Assembly: GCA_038087875.1 (NCBI GenBank)
Contig: CM075988.1
Span: 2,418,001 to 2,482,000, forward strand
DNA length: 64,000 nucleotides
Direction of reading: 5' to 3'
Origin: Malacoraja senta
Taxonomy: Eukaryota
The notes beneath the pieces were generated by a model, which did no database searches, had not been told where the DNA came from, and was given only the letters and a program-made list of their open reading frames with translations. A program made the position numbers and the translations under genes. This document shows positions 1 to 10,878 of the stretch, in pieces (within the stretch, counting starts at the first letter, position 1; the number at the start of each line of letters is the position of its first letter).

Positions 1-929
1 ATTATTGGCAGGTATTAGGGGTGCCTCTTGATCACTACTGTCTGAGTTGTCGTCTGACAAGTCACTGATTTCCATTTTACTCACTCCTGTGGCTAGTTTC
101 TTCTTGGTCACGCCTGCTTTTCCATTCTGAACTTTGGGAGGTGGTACAGCACTGTACGAACCTTGTGCTTTGACTTTCGCAGGAGATTCATCTGAACTGT
201 CAGACTCTTCACTGCTTAAACTTTCATCTTCCATTCTGGCACCTCGTTGCTTCGCACTTCCAGCTACTAAGCTCGTAAGTTGTGGTATAATTTCAGTTAA
301 CCACTTCTCTGCGTTTTTCATGAAACCATTGAATATCTTCTTCTTGTCTTCATCCCACTGGGTGTGTCTTCTGCGTTCTTCCCGAGACGGCTCTGAACTC
401 AGCAATACATCTTGTTTCTTGCCAACCTCCTGGCAGAGGTTCCATAGTTGGCTCATATTAGATTTCACTAGACCAGAAGAGATAAGACTCCTCCTGGCAG
501 GTAAACCAGATCACTTCCACCTGACGTGGTCTGCATTTATAGAATTATTACAAGTATAGGGTGCAAAAGTACTTTAAAAAAACCTGAGGTCAGGTAAGGG
601 GGGATGAAAGCTGGAGAGTTGGTATATCCCATTTGCGTGATGCTTACAACAAAGTATTTGTTTTTCTCTTTTCCCTCTTTCTCTTTTTTCTTCTTTTTTA
701 GGGTCTATTTCTTAACTTTAAAAAAAAAAAATCTTTCTTATAGGGTCTTTGTTCTTTTTTGTTGTCACGTTTTTTACTCACTTTTTTCCTTCACTTTCTC
801 CTTTCTCTCAATCTCATCCTTTCCCTTTATTAGTGTAAAAAATAAACGGAGTACATTAATTGTAATAAGATATATGTGACGAGTACTAATGTAATTGGTT
901 GTAATGTAATGTACTTCTTATAAATTAAA

Positions 930-993
<64 letters not shown>

Positions 994-1330
994 TTTCACC
1001 TTGATCACGTTCTGTTCTGAGACCATTAGTTTCATCTGTTTCTCAATTAATCTGGTAACCTGTTTCCATAATTCATTTTTCTCTTTCTCGGTTTTTCTCA
1101 AGTATGTGTTTTATCTGTTTCTTCTCGATACACGAGTTCTCTGTAGCTATCTATGGATTCGTTAACTTGTTCCCATATCGAGTTTTCCTCTTTCTCTGTT
1201 TCTTTAAGTTGTCTAAGCTGGTCTTTCTTCACCACCACGTGGTTCATCTGGCGTGGCACTTTCTTCACCTTCTGATTCCATAATTTTAAAGAGGTCTTGG
1301 CAAGTCGCCAAGTATTTAAATTAATCGAAT
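1..1330 (-). pseudogene. Disrupted ORF running off the left edge; tentatively BEL/Pao LTR-retrotransposon gag N-terminal region
   Basis: Manual translation: 468->1 has no stop (VKSNMSQLWNLCQEVGKKQDVLLSSEPSREERRRHTQWDEDKKKIFNGFMKNAEKWLTEIIPQL...). Removing the L1 at 469-985 joins it in frame to ...TEKEKNELWKQVTRLIEKQMKLMVSEQNVIK. One frameshift near 1110. Family call is a recalled resemblance only. Confidence 0.4.
469..985 (+). mobile_element. 5'-truncated L1-clade LINE 3' end (ORF2 C-terminus, T-rich 3'UTR, poly(A)/(TA)n tail)
   Basis: 14-bp target-site duplication ATATTAGATTTCAC at 455-468 and 986-999. EEIRLLLAGKPDHFHLTWSAFIELLQV* resembles fish L1 ORF2 termini. A-run then (TA)n at about 927-989. 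Confidence 0.7.
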
Positions 1331-1747
1331 AGAGTGTTCTGCTGGTAGCTCTGGCTTTGTTTTGTCAACATTTCCATCAAAATCATAACATACAGATAAT
1401 GTAGAGAACATCTCTCCAACATCCATGGACTAAAAGATGACGATAATTCAAATGGAATGCACTTATCAAAAGATTCAAAACAATCCACGGTCGGTCTGGC
1501 TGGAATCTCCATACAGACTGGAAAAACACTTCTGAGAAATTAAAGCATGCAGCTTCAAATTCAAAGAAAAACAATCGATTTTTTACTCACAAATCCTGTG
1601 ATGTCTTCAGATAAGTCTCGATGCTGTCAATAGACCTCAAGTCCTCCTCTGGCCGAGATCTATTATGTTCAGTTCCTCCTGGAACCAGTCTCCTCTGGCT
1701 AAGCCTCTCCGAGATCTTAGCCAAATCTTCTGTGACGGAGGTCTCTT

Positions 1748-1884
1748 TTCGACTTAATCTTCTGTCCCACTCTCTGGGACTGGTATTTAACCTCTCTGCC
1801 GGAGGTTCCCTTCGACTTAATCTTCTGACCCACTCTCTGGGACTGGTATTTAACCCCCCTGCCGGAGGTTACCTTCGACTTAAT
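1748..1884. repeat. 63-bp tandem repeat, about 2.2 copies
   Basis: TTCGACTTAAT recurs at 1748, 1811 and 1874 (period 63 bp = 21 codons). Confidence 0.9.
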
Positions 1885-2439
1885 GCAGCGGCAGATTTTC
1901 ATATCTTTCGAGAAATCAACTCGAGCCGCTAAATGGATGAGAAGGGACAAGGGGAATATCTTTGATACGCATGCGTGCTTATTCACAGAGACCTTCAGAA
2001 CTTCTTCACCAACCTTCTCCATGGTGGCTCCAAACTACACTAACTATCAAACTTCTGCGCAAGCATCTTAGCTCCAAACACGCTCAAAAACACAAATCCC
2101 ACCCACAATATAACAGGCAGTCTAAAATTTAAAGGCACATGCCATCATCAATGACATGCAAAACAGGCCAGATGGCCACTACAGCAGTTTTGAGCCTTTA
2201 TCCACTTGTTTATTAGACAGAGGATAAAAATCATCTAAAATCAAACTCAAAAAGAATAAAACTATGCTTCCATGTTCATCTACATATTTGTAGAAAATCT
2301 AAAAGACATCTTCTTAGACAGTCCCTTGGGATGGGGGATGACTTCAAGAGCCAATAGTGTGTAATTGGCATGTGTACTGACAACAGAACAATGAAATTCT
2401 CGCAGTACAGTATCACAGTTGGTTCTACAACACCTCCCC

Positions 2440-2815
2440 CACTTCCCCCAACAACCTTTTCCCTGTGCCTTACCTGGTTGCGCATCTATTTCTCTCTTTC
2501 CCCTTCTGCCCCTTCCTTTCCACCTATGTTTCTTTCTCTGGCATTACATTTTGTGCCTCTTATCTCCTTATCTCACACTTTTTGTCTTTGTTCAATCATC
2601 TGCCAGTCCAAAATCCCCCTTGCCTGTACCTACCTGTCACCACCTATCCCTTGTCAAACTTTGTCCTGGCCTCACTTCGCTTCCAACGCACCTGCCCCCT
2701 CCCCTCCCCCCTTCCCTCCCCTCCCCACTACAATCCGTCTCAAGAAGGGTTCCGACCCGAACGTGGCCTATCCATGTTGCTTGACCTGCTTAGTTACTCC
2801 AGCACTTTGTGCCTT
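2440..2815 (+). mobile_element. Penelope-derived non-autonomous short element with degenerate hammerhead core
   Basis: Pyrimidine-rich body ending CTCAAGAAGGGTTCCGACCCGAACGTG...GTTACTCCAGCAC, the same terminal module that follows the GIY-YIG fragment at 5585-6190. Confidence 0.5.
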
Positions 2816-2899
2816 AATTTGAGTCTGAACCTGATTATGAGGGAAGTAACTACAATGACTATAGGGACTCTAGTACTACCTGCTGCTCTTCTTGATGGT

Positions 2900-2973
2900 T
2901 ATATATATATATCTATCTCTCTATATCTCTCTATATCTATCTCTCTCTCTCTCTCTCTATATATCTATATCTA

Positions 2974-3039
<66 letters not shown>

Positions 3040-3076
3040 CCCCTCCCTCTCCCCTTCTCCCTCTCTCGCTCTTGCT

Positions 3077-3123
<47 letters not shown>

Positions 3124-3200
3124 TCATTCTCTCCCTCTCTCCCTCTGTCCCTCTCTCCCTCTCTCCCTCTCTCCCTCTGTCCCTCCCCCTCCCCCTCTCT
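2900..3200. repeat. (TA)n/(CT)n microsatellite and CT-rich low complexity
   Basis: Seen directly; it explains the SLSL/ERER pseudo-ORFs. Confidence 0.97.
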
Positions 3201-4257
3201 CCCTGAAGATGATGCTCCAACTCTCAAGACCGCAGGTGCCCTCATGATCTACTGGTCTCTGAATTAGCCCAAGCATTCTTTGAAAACATCTACTTGTTTT
3301 CCTAAGCAAGGTTCCAAATACGATGCTGCATAATTTAGTTGACAGCGCCATTTCAGCTCACAGTCTGTTTAACTTACATTACAGGTGGCCCTTGTACTGG
3401 CCTCTGAAGTATAACTGTGTGTCACATAGTCTAATGCATCTTCTGTGAACTGAAGAGTGACATTCTGATGATTTGATTCAATCTAACGCTGTTGACTTGA
3501 TTAAAGAACGTGTTGGTTCTCTAAAGCCTGTCGTTTCCAACAGATGTTCTATTAAAAGCCATCGCCACGATGCCCCTGTGATTGCCCCGACTGAAATCTG
3601 CAGTGATGAGGAACCTCCAATCATGTTGCCATTGTGACAGCATGGTTGCAAGTTAGATCGATGCTTGGCCTTCAAACGTTATGCTGAGTTGGCTCTATGC
3701 TGTAGGAGCATTTTACACTGCTAATGCGTACAAAAACGGGAGGATGTACAACTTCCTTTCTCATTAAAGAGATATTCATATGGGAATTAAGAGGGGAAAT
3801 AAGTACCAAATCTTCAGACATAGCGCTTTTCATTCAATGAAAGCTCTGTGTTCCTAGTTTGCATTTCTTGGTGATGGGGATTGGGCATTTTAGGCATGGG
3901 GAGAAACCTGATCTTTTTCTACAAACAAAACACACAAACCTGGAGGAACCCAGGGGGTCAGGATGAAGAAGGATCTTGGCACAAAACCTCATCTGTCCAT
4001 AACCCCCCTCCCCCACTGCCTGACCCGCTGAGCTCCTCCAACACTGTTTTTGCTCAAGGTTCACAGTTTCTTGTGTCTGAATTTTCTACTTAATTAAGAA
4101 GTGTGATATGATTTAGCTGTATCTTATCTGGTTGTGTGTGGAATACTGCTTGGAGTGAGTGACCTTTCATACGTCGTGCATATGGACTGCAACAGTTCAT
4201 AACCATCATACCCATTCACAGGCATGATCTGATCTGATGCAGGTAGAGCTTAAGAAC

Positions 4258-4555
4258 ATTTAGTTTAGAGATACAGTGCGGAAACAGGCCCTTCAGCCCA
4301 CCGAGTCTGTATTGACCAGCGATCACCCCGTACACTTGTACTGTTATACACACTAGGGACAATTTACAATATTTACCGAAGTTATTAACCTACAACTCTG
4401 TACATCTTTGGAATGTGGGGGAAACTGGAACACTCAGGGAAAACCCATGCGGTCACGGGGAATACGTACAAGCTCCGTACAGGCAGTACCCATAGTCATA
4501 ATTGAACCCGGGTCTCTGGCGTACTAACACAACAACTCTCCCGCTGCACCTCTGT
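4258..4555 (-). mobile_element. tRNA-derived V-SINE (HE1-like) with CR1-type tail
   Basis: Minus strand has a B-box-like GGGTTCAAT, a V-domain-like GTACGTATTCCCCGTGACCGCATGGGTTTTCC and the tail GGCCTGTTTCCGCACTGTATCTCTAAACTAAA. Confidence 0.75.
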
Positions 4556-5584
4556 GTTATTTAGTATTAGGGAGCTGTTCACTCCTTGTACAGTGCTGAT
4601 GGTAATTCACTATCCCCGTCCTCTATGCTTTGGGATTCCTAAAGTACCCCAAACTCTTGGACTTTTTGTCAGATTGTTCGTTTTTGGAAGGCGTGTAATC
4701 TGATTCTGCGGCTAGAACATGTAGACAGAATTGTCCACGTGTCAATGCTTGCATGTGCTTCTTTTTCCTTATCTAAAGATGAGCCATTAATAACACCAAG
4801 CAAAGTTGCAGGTTTACACAGAAACGGAGTGGGCATTTTTTCAACCAAGTTTGAGGTTTGATGAGGTACCTACTGTGCCCTAGTAAATGCATAGTAGTGC
4901 AATTGAAAGTAGATATCTGAGAGGAATGTTGGCTATGATTAACCTTATGCCTTAATTGGGGTGGCACTGACAGGGTATGAAAATATGTTATACAGCTGAA
5001 AACCTGTGGGTGTTATGCAATGATATTCTCTCTCTGGACATTTCTCCCTTCTCCCTAGCCCTGGAAGGATATATCATGCTGTTGCTTGCTTGCACTGACA
5101 CGTGCTCTGACAGATGCCCTGTCTTTTAGCATAGATATGGGAATGTTCGATCTGTAAATAGCTTAGATTTGGTGCCCAGCTCTCTCCACGTATTTCTGTG
5201 ATCTGTTTAAAAGAGAGGGTGTCCACAGTGCATTCAAAGGTGATTTCCCCCCTTAAGAATGCTTATAATGGATGACCATGAAGTCTGGGAATCTCAGATG
5301 GTTTAAAGTCTTCAGTTGTGAAGTCAGCGTGGAGATACAAGGCCTCTGTAAATATAGTGCTGGCACATGGTGATTCATATGATTAATTTATGTTAAATTT
5401 AAAAAAATGTAAGAGAAAAATCAGAAAATGCTGGAAAAATTCAGTAGCTCAGGCAGCACCCGTGGAAAGACAAATAGTTCATGTCTCGCAGGATGCCAAG
5501 AACTTCATTTGGCCAGGCAACACCACCAGGACAACAGGCCTTAATGGCCAGCTGCACTTAAAGCAACTTGGACTTTGAAAATGG

Positions 5585-6190
5585 TGCCAACACTTGGTTC
5601 ACTTGCACCTCCTCCAACCTCATTTACTGTATCCTTGGTTCAAGATGTGGACTCCTTTTCATTGGCGAGACCAAACGTAGACTGAGCGATTGTTTCGCTG
5701 AACACCTTCGTTCAGTCCGCCTGGACCTACCTGATCTCCCGGTTGCTAAACACTCCAATTCCCCTTCCTATGCCCACACCAACCCTTCTGTCCTAGACCT
5801 CTTCCATTGTCAGAGAGAGACTAAACGCAAATTGGAGGAACAGCATCTCATATTTTGCTTGGGCAGCTTACAACCCAAGAGTAGGAATATTGATTTCTCT
5901 AACTTCAAGTAACGCCTGTATTCCCTTTCTCTCCATACCTCCCCTACCCAAGTCACACCAGGTTTTCGTTCTCACCTCGCAAACCGCTAACAAAGGCCTG
6001 TTTCCTTTATCATTGTTACTTTTTTGCATATCTTTCATTCATTTGTTCCATATCTCTCTACTTCATCGTCTATATCTCTCATTTTCCTTTCCCTCGACTT
6101 TCAGTCTGAAGAAGGGTCTCGACCCAAAACATCACCAGAGATGCTGCCTGTCCCGCTGACTTACTCCATCATTTTGTGTCTATCTTCGAC
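5585..6190 (+). mobile_element. Penelope-like element fragment (GIY-YIG endonuclease plus terminal module)
   Basis: ORF 5568-5912 FTCTSSNLIYCI..SRCGLLFIGETKRRL..FAEHLRSV...RKLEEQHLIF.LGSLQP is a typical PLE GIY-YIG. Hammerhead-like CTGAAGAAGGGTCTCGACCC at 6106. Confidence 0.85.
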
Positions 6191-9059
6191 TCTTGTATGT
6201 TATCTCGGTGGACTATTTCTATGCACTTTGTGCTTAATTTGGGATTGTGCTTATGTATAGTGATAATTTTCTGAACTGTATGCAATAAAAAGAATTTCTC
6301 GAGAAAAGGGTCTCGACCTGAAACGTAATCCATTCCTTCTCTCCAGAGATGCTGCTTGTCCTGCTGAGTTACTCCAGCTTTTTGGGTTTACGGTTTAAAC
6401 CAGCATCTGCAGTTCCTTACACACAGAAAAGATTCACTGATTTGTGTGCAGGGTTGTCTTGATCTGAAGTGGGGGATTGGTTAGCGTTAACACAGTTATA
6501 ATTATCAATTTCAATTGTTAATAATATGTTAATGTTGCTGTTAGAATTCATGTTATAAATTTTAATTTACTGCGCGACCCAATGAAAGGAAACGTTTGGT
6601 TAGTCTTATTGCAGCTAACTTCCCAAGTAGCTCTTCATCTCTCTGGATTACAGCTCGGAGGTCCCTATGGAGTATAATAGATGATGGCTTTGCTGCCTGA
6701 GTTGGAAGGAAGAAAGAGCAGAATTTTAGCAGCAAAGTTGCAAACCTGATATGTACTTTCTAACCCCACGGGTGAAATGCATCACTGATGTTGAACTAGC
6801 CCAGCGGCAATAACCCTCTGCAGGCCCCCCTTTCAAATTACTCATTGGGTTTCTGAGTTGGTGAATGTCTGGAGTTTCAGGCAATTCATTTACTGTGATT
6901 AGCACACCTTGTGCCATTTAGATTGTGGAGTAGTTGTACAGTTATTCTGAAAGGGTTAATAAGCTTCAATATGCTTGAAGCCTCATGTCTTGTGCCTGTA
7001 GTAGACTCACATGAAGACTGACACAGCTTAATTCAAACTGCCTTTCATTTTCTGCCCACGTTGTCTCAACTAGTTTTTGTATTTCTGAAGTGCACTTCAG
7101 GGTAACCTTTAAAACTGGACTTTAAGCTTGGAGCTAGCTTATTGTTTTGAAATGCTTGTTGGTCTTTGTTGAATTTCACTTTAAATAGAGAATTGCTGCG
7201 GGAGGTCAATGCCATGTGCAATTTGTACATGGAGGGGGAGGAGAAGGGGCAGTCAACTAGCATGAAATCCATTACCGGAAGCTGAAGACCAGCTTATATA
7301 AGCCCCATGTATGGCTCAATTGAATTAATTCCTATTCCAGTAAAAAAAATGAAGAAGAATGAATTAGAATAAAACTATCAGGACTCAGCAAACCTCTGCC
7401 TTTATGGTTCAAAAGGAATTATGTTTTCTGACTAAATCTCAACATGAGTTTCCACACACAATCGATCTCAACAGTGCTGCATAGCTGCTCAGAACCCAAG
7501 CCTCGTTTTTATTTAATGAGCAAATGTCATGTTTTGGATAAAGACTCTTATGCGAACCGCTCATGTCCCCACTGAGTTCTTTGAGCATTGAAATGTCTGG
7601 CAGGCAAATCATTGCTGCACATACTCCAGTGTTGCTCTTGGCTGTTGCTGAGCTCCATGCTGTCGTTCCCCGTCCTATGGGACTGTTGCTATTACAGAGC
7701 AGCTGCCTTAGCTAAGCAAATTGAGCATGAAACGGGCAGCGCAGAGCCGGGTTAACGGGGAGCTCAGCCGTGGGTTGTAAGTCATCCGGATGAACATCAT
7801 GAAGGTTGCTCGATGCAGGCGATGGATTTTTACACTGATCTTTTGCCTTTCGTACTAGCATGTGGAGGATGAATCTTTTACTTATTCTACTGTTCTACCT
7901 TTTAGTTTGTGCCTGGACATAACCCAGAGCTGCTAGACCTCTGCTGGTCTGTATATTGTGAGAAAGACATTGTTAGTAAAGGGTAAGTGCAAGGGTGCAG
8001 TGGGATTCTCCCTCTTGATAGGGAGCTGCTTGATGCATGTTGAGCTTTGATCATTCACAGCTTTATTTAGAGATCCTTTTGTTAACTAATAAATGCACAT
8101 CGTCAGAACAGACACTTGACATGATCCATGAGATTTTCCTCCTAACTAAAACCCCGTGTTTCACAACAGTCATCCAGCCATTATTGTAGTCCTTCACAGT
8201 TTTTAACGCAAAGAGCATGTCCTTCTCTTCGCAAAACTCGTTGTAGGGTGAAAGTGAAAGCATGAATATATGATTTTTGTTAAGATTTGTAAATTCCAAC
8301 TTTACTCTGGGTCAGAATTGTAAAAGCCAACAAGATTTGTGAGGGTAAATGACTCTGATGACTTTTAACGGTGCTGTGTGGATTTTATTTGGAGAGGCTG
8401 TGTGTGTGTGTTTAATCGGAAAACTAAAAAATAGCAGCCCTTTAGATTGAACCTGTGTGAAGTTAGCTTTCTGAATTGCATTTCAATTCAAACGAATATT
8501 GTGTCTGGTTGAAATTAATAGACAGATGAGAGGCCTGATTAATCAGCTGAGTTATGACAATACCGATCGTTCTAAGATGTTAACTCCCACCTCTACTGTA
8601 CTCTCCCCTGCTTTAGTCACTACTTCTTTTCCCACCTCCATTCTGTCCTATTTCCCCTGCCCCCTCCCGCATCCTACTTTATTGATGCCCATCCACTTTC
8701 TCTAATGTACTTTCAGATGCAGAGCACTTTGGAGTCAGCAGTATCTGTTAGGCAGCCATGCATTATTTACTGAATTGTTTCTGTTGACCTCATTTTTCTT
8801 TATATTTCTCTTCCTTCCAACCCATCTCCCCGTTCTATTTTTTGCCATTATATAGCTGGTGCTGACAGAGGAACAGAGTGATGTGAGTAGGAATGGTGCT
8901 GACACCAAAGACCTTGTGTTTCTGGTTCAGGTCTCCTGTCAGGTAAGGTTGCATTGACTGCTCATTATTGTTTTAACAATATTAATGTGTATCAATCTGC
9001 ATTAATGTGTCCCATGTAATATGATGGAGTACTTGTGAAGGAAGATGATTTAGAGCGAC

Positions 9060-9410
9060 CCAAGGAACTGTAGACGCTGGTTTACTAAAACAGATGCAAA
9101 GCGCTGGAGTAACTCGGCAGATCAGGCAGCATCTCAGGGGAACATGGATAGGTGACTTTTCGGGACAGGAACCTTCTTCAGACTGATTGTGGTGGTGGGG
9201 GAGATGGAAAGCTGGAAGGGAGATGGCGGCTGGACAAAGCCTGGCGAGTGATGGTGGATACAGGTGCATCTGGTTTTAGGTTGGTAGCTGGTTGAAAAAA
9301 GGACAGAGATGAAGAGACAGGTGTGAAGTAAGGATAGAAGAGATGCAAACCATGAAGCCAGAGGAAGGAACATTGGAGGAAGGGAGAAATGGGTGCAAAT
9401 CCAGGTGGGT
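9060..9410 (-). mobile_element. Penelope-derived short element
   Basis: Minus strand reads CAGTCTGAAGAAGGTTCCTGTCCCGAAAAGTCACC followed by the GAGTTACTCCAGC module. Confidence 0.6.
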
Positions 9411-10878
9411 AACTCAATGTGAAAGTCAGAAAAGTATTTTAGTTTCTACTGAACAGTGTTAAATCTGTGGACTACACCATTGATCAGCTGGCTTCATGAA
9501 GTGATTGGTCCTGTCGAGAAATCAAGTTTTCTAATCACTGGCATTGAGGATGTTTCATTTTGTATTCAGATAGTCTTCACCTACCCTGTTGGTGTTCCCT
9601 GTTGATGTCTGCACACTGACCTATATATAGTACAGTCTTGTATTGATTAAAAGTTGGACCACGCATGGAATACTATGGTCTTATAAAAAGAATATAAAGA
9701 CATCAGAAAAGAGGGCAAGAATGATTTACAAGGAAATATTAAAACTGAGAGGCAGGACTAATCAAGACCATAAGACATAGGAACTGAATTAGGCCTATTG
9801 AGCCTTCCCCACCATTCAATCATGGTTGATCTATACTTCCCTTTCAACTGCATTCGCCTACCTTCTTCTTGTAACCTTTAACGCCTTTACTAATCAAGAA
9901 CCAATCAATCTGCACTTTTTAAATATTTTTAAAATATCTTGGCCTCCACCACCACTGAAAACAAAGAGGGACTATCGAGACTCTAATGAGTACTTTGTAA
10001 CTTTGCCGGGCCATATACTCTGCGTGCTTTGTGTATTGTATGCAAAAACAAAGAATTTCACTGTACCTCGGTACATGTGACAATAAAGTATCATTGAATC
10101 ATTGAGAACTTTTTTCCCCGGGTGGGAAAAGGGATCCATGGGAATCTTTCCTGGATTAAAGCGTGGCTTTAATCTGAAAGAGGCAAAGTGTACAGGAGAT
10201 GTGCAGGGCAGGTTTTTGTACTCGGACCATAGTGAGTGCCTGGGGCGTGCTGCCAGGAGCAGTGGTGGAAGCAGATACAAGAGTGGTGTTTAAAAATCTT
10301 TTTGCTGGGCACATGGGTAAGCAGGAACATGATGGGGCATGAATCACACGCAGGGAGGATTGAATAAGCTGAGGCAGCATTTGGAACATTATGTGCTGTT
10401 CATGTCGCACCATTATAGGGGGGAGCTAGGCACCATGTTCAGCACAGACATTATGGGGCAAAGAACCAGTTCTTGTGCTCTACTTTTATTTTACATGTAA
10501 TACAAGACTAGCAAGGTGGGGCGGTGCAGTCTGATAGGCGTTTCCATTGTTGCAGAGAGTCCAAAACTGAAAAAAGCCTCCAGCATTCAGCCTATGAAGC
10601 AGCACGGGTGACAAGAGAAACGGCTAACAATTCCGAACAGGCTTCTTTCCTGAGCCTACTTCTTTCCAGTAATTTCTATTTTTTATTTTGAATTACCAAC
10701 AGTTGAGTATTTTTGCTTTCGTTCCTAGTCATGAATATGATAACAATTTAGGAGGATTGCCTTCAAGAAAAGTGTGGAAAATGGCATTTGCCATCATCTA
10801 GAGCACAGATATATTCTATGAAAATGGTGAATTATGAAGATGAAAGGAATGGATGCCAATGATGTTGGGATTAGAATA

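Noticed and set aside
134..559. 141-aa plus-strand ORF
   Set aside because: Chimera of the antisense shadow of the minus-strand ORF and the L1 C-terminus.
1748..1884. CRISPR-like array
   Set aside because: Whole units repeat with no unique spacers, the context is eukaryotic, and there are no cas genes.
2465..3351. Long ORFs rich in SL/ER repeats
   Set aside because: Produced by the (CT)n microsatellite.
3460..3637. Open frame ending ...EICSDEEPPIMLPL*
   Set aside because: Upstream in-frame stop, no convincing acceptor, no recognisable homology.
8063..8299. 78-aa minus-strand ORF with protein-like composition
   Set aside because: No motif or splice support; length is within chance.
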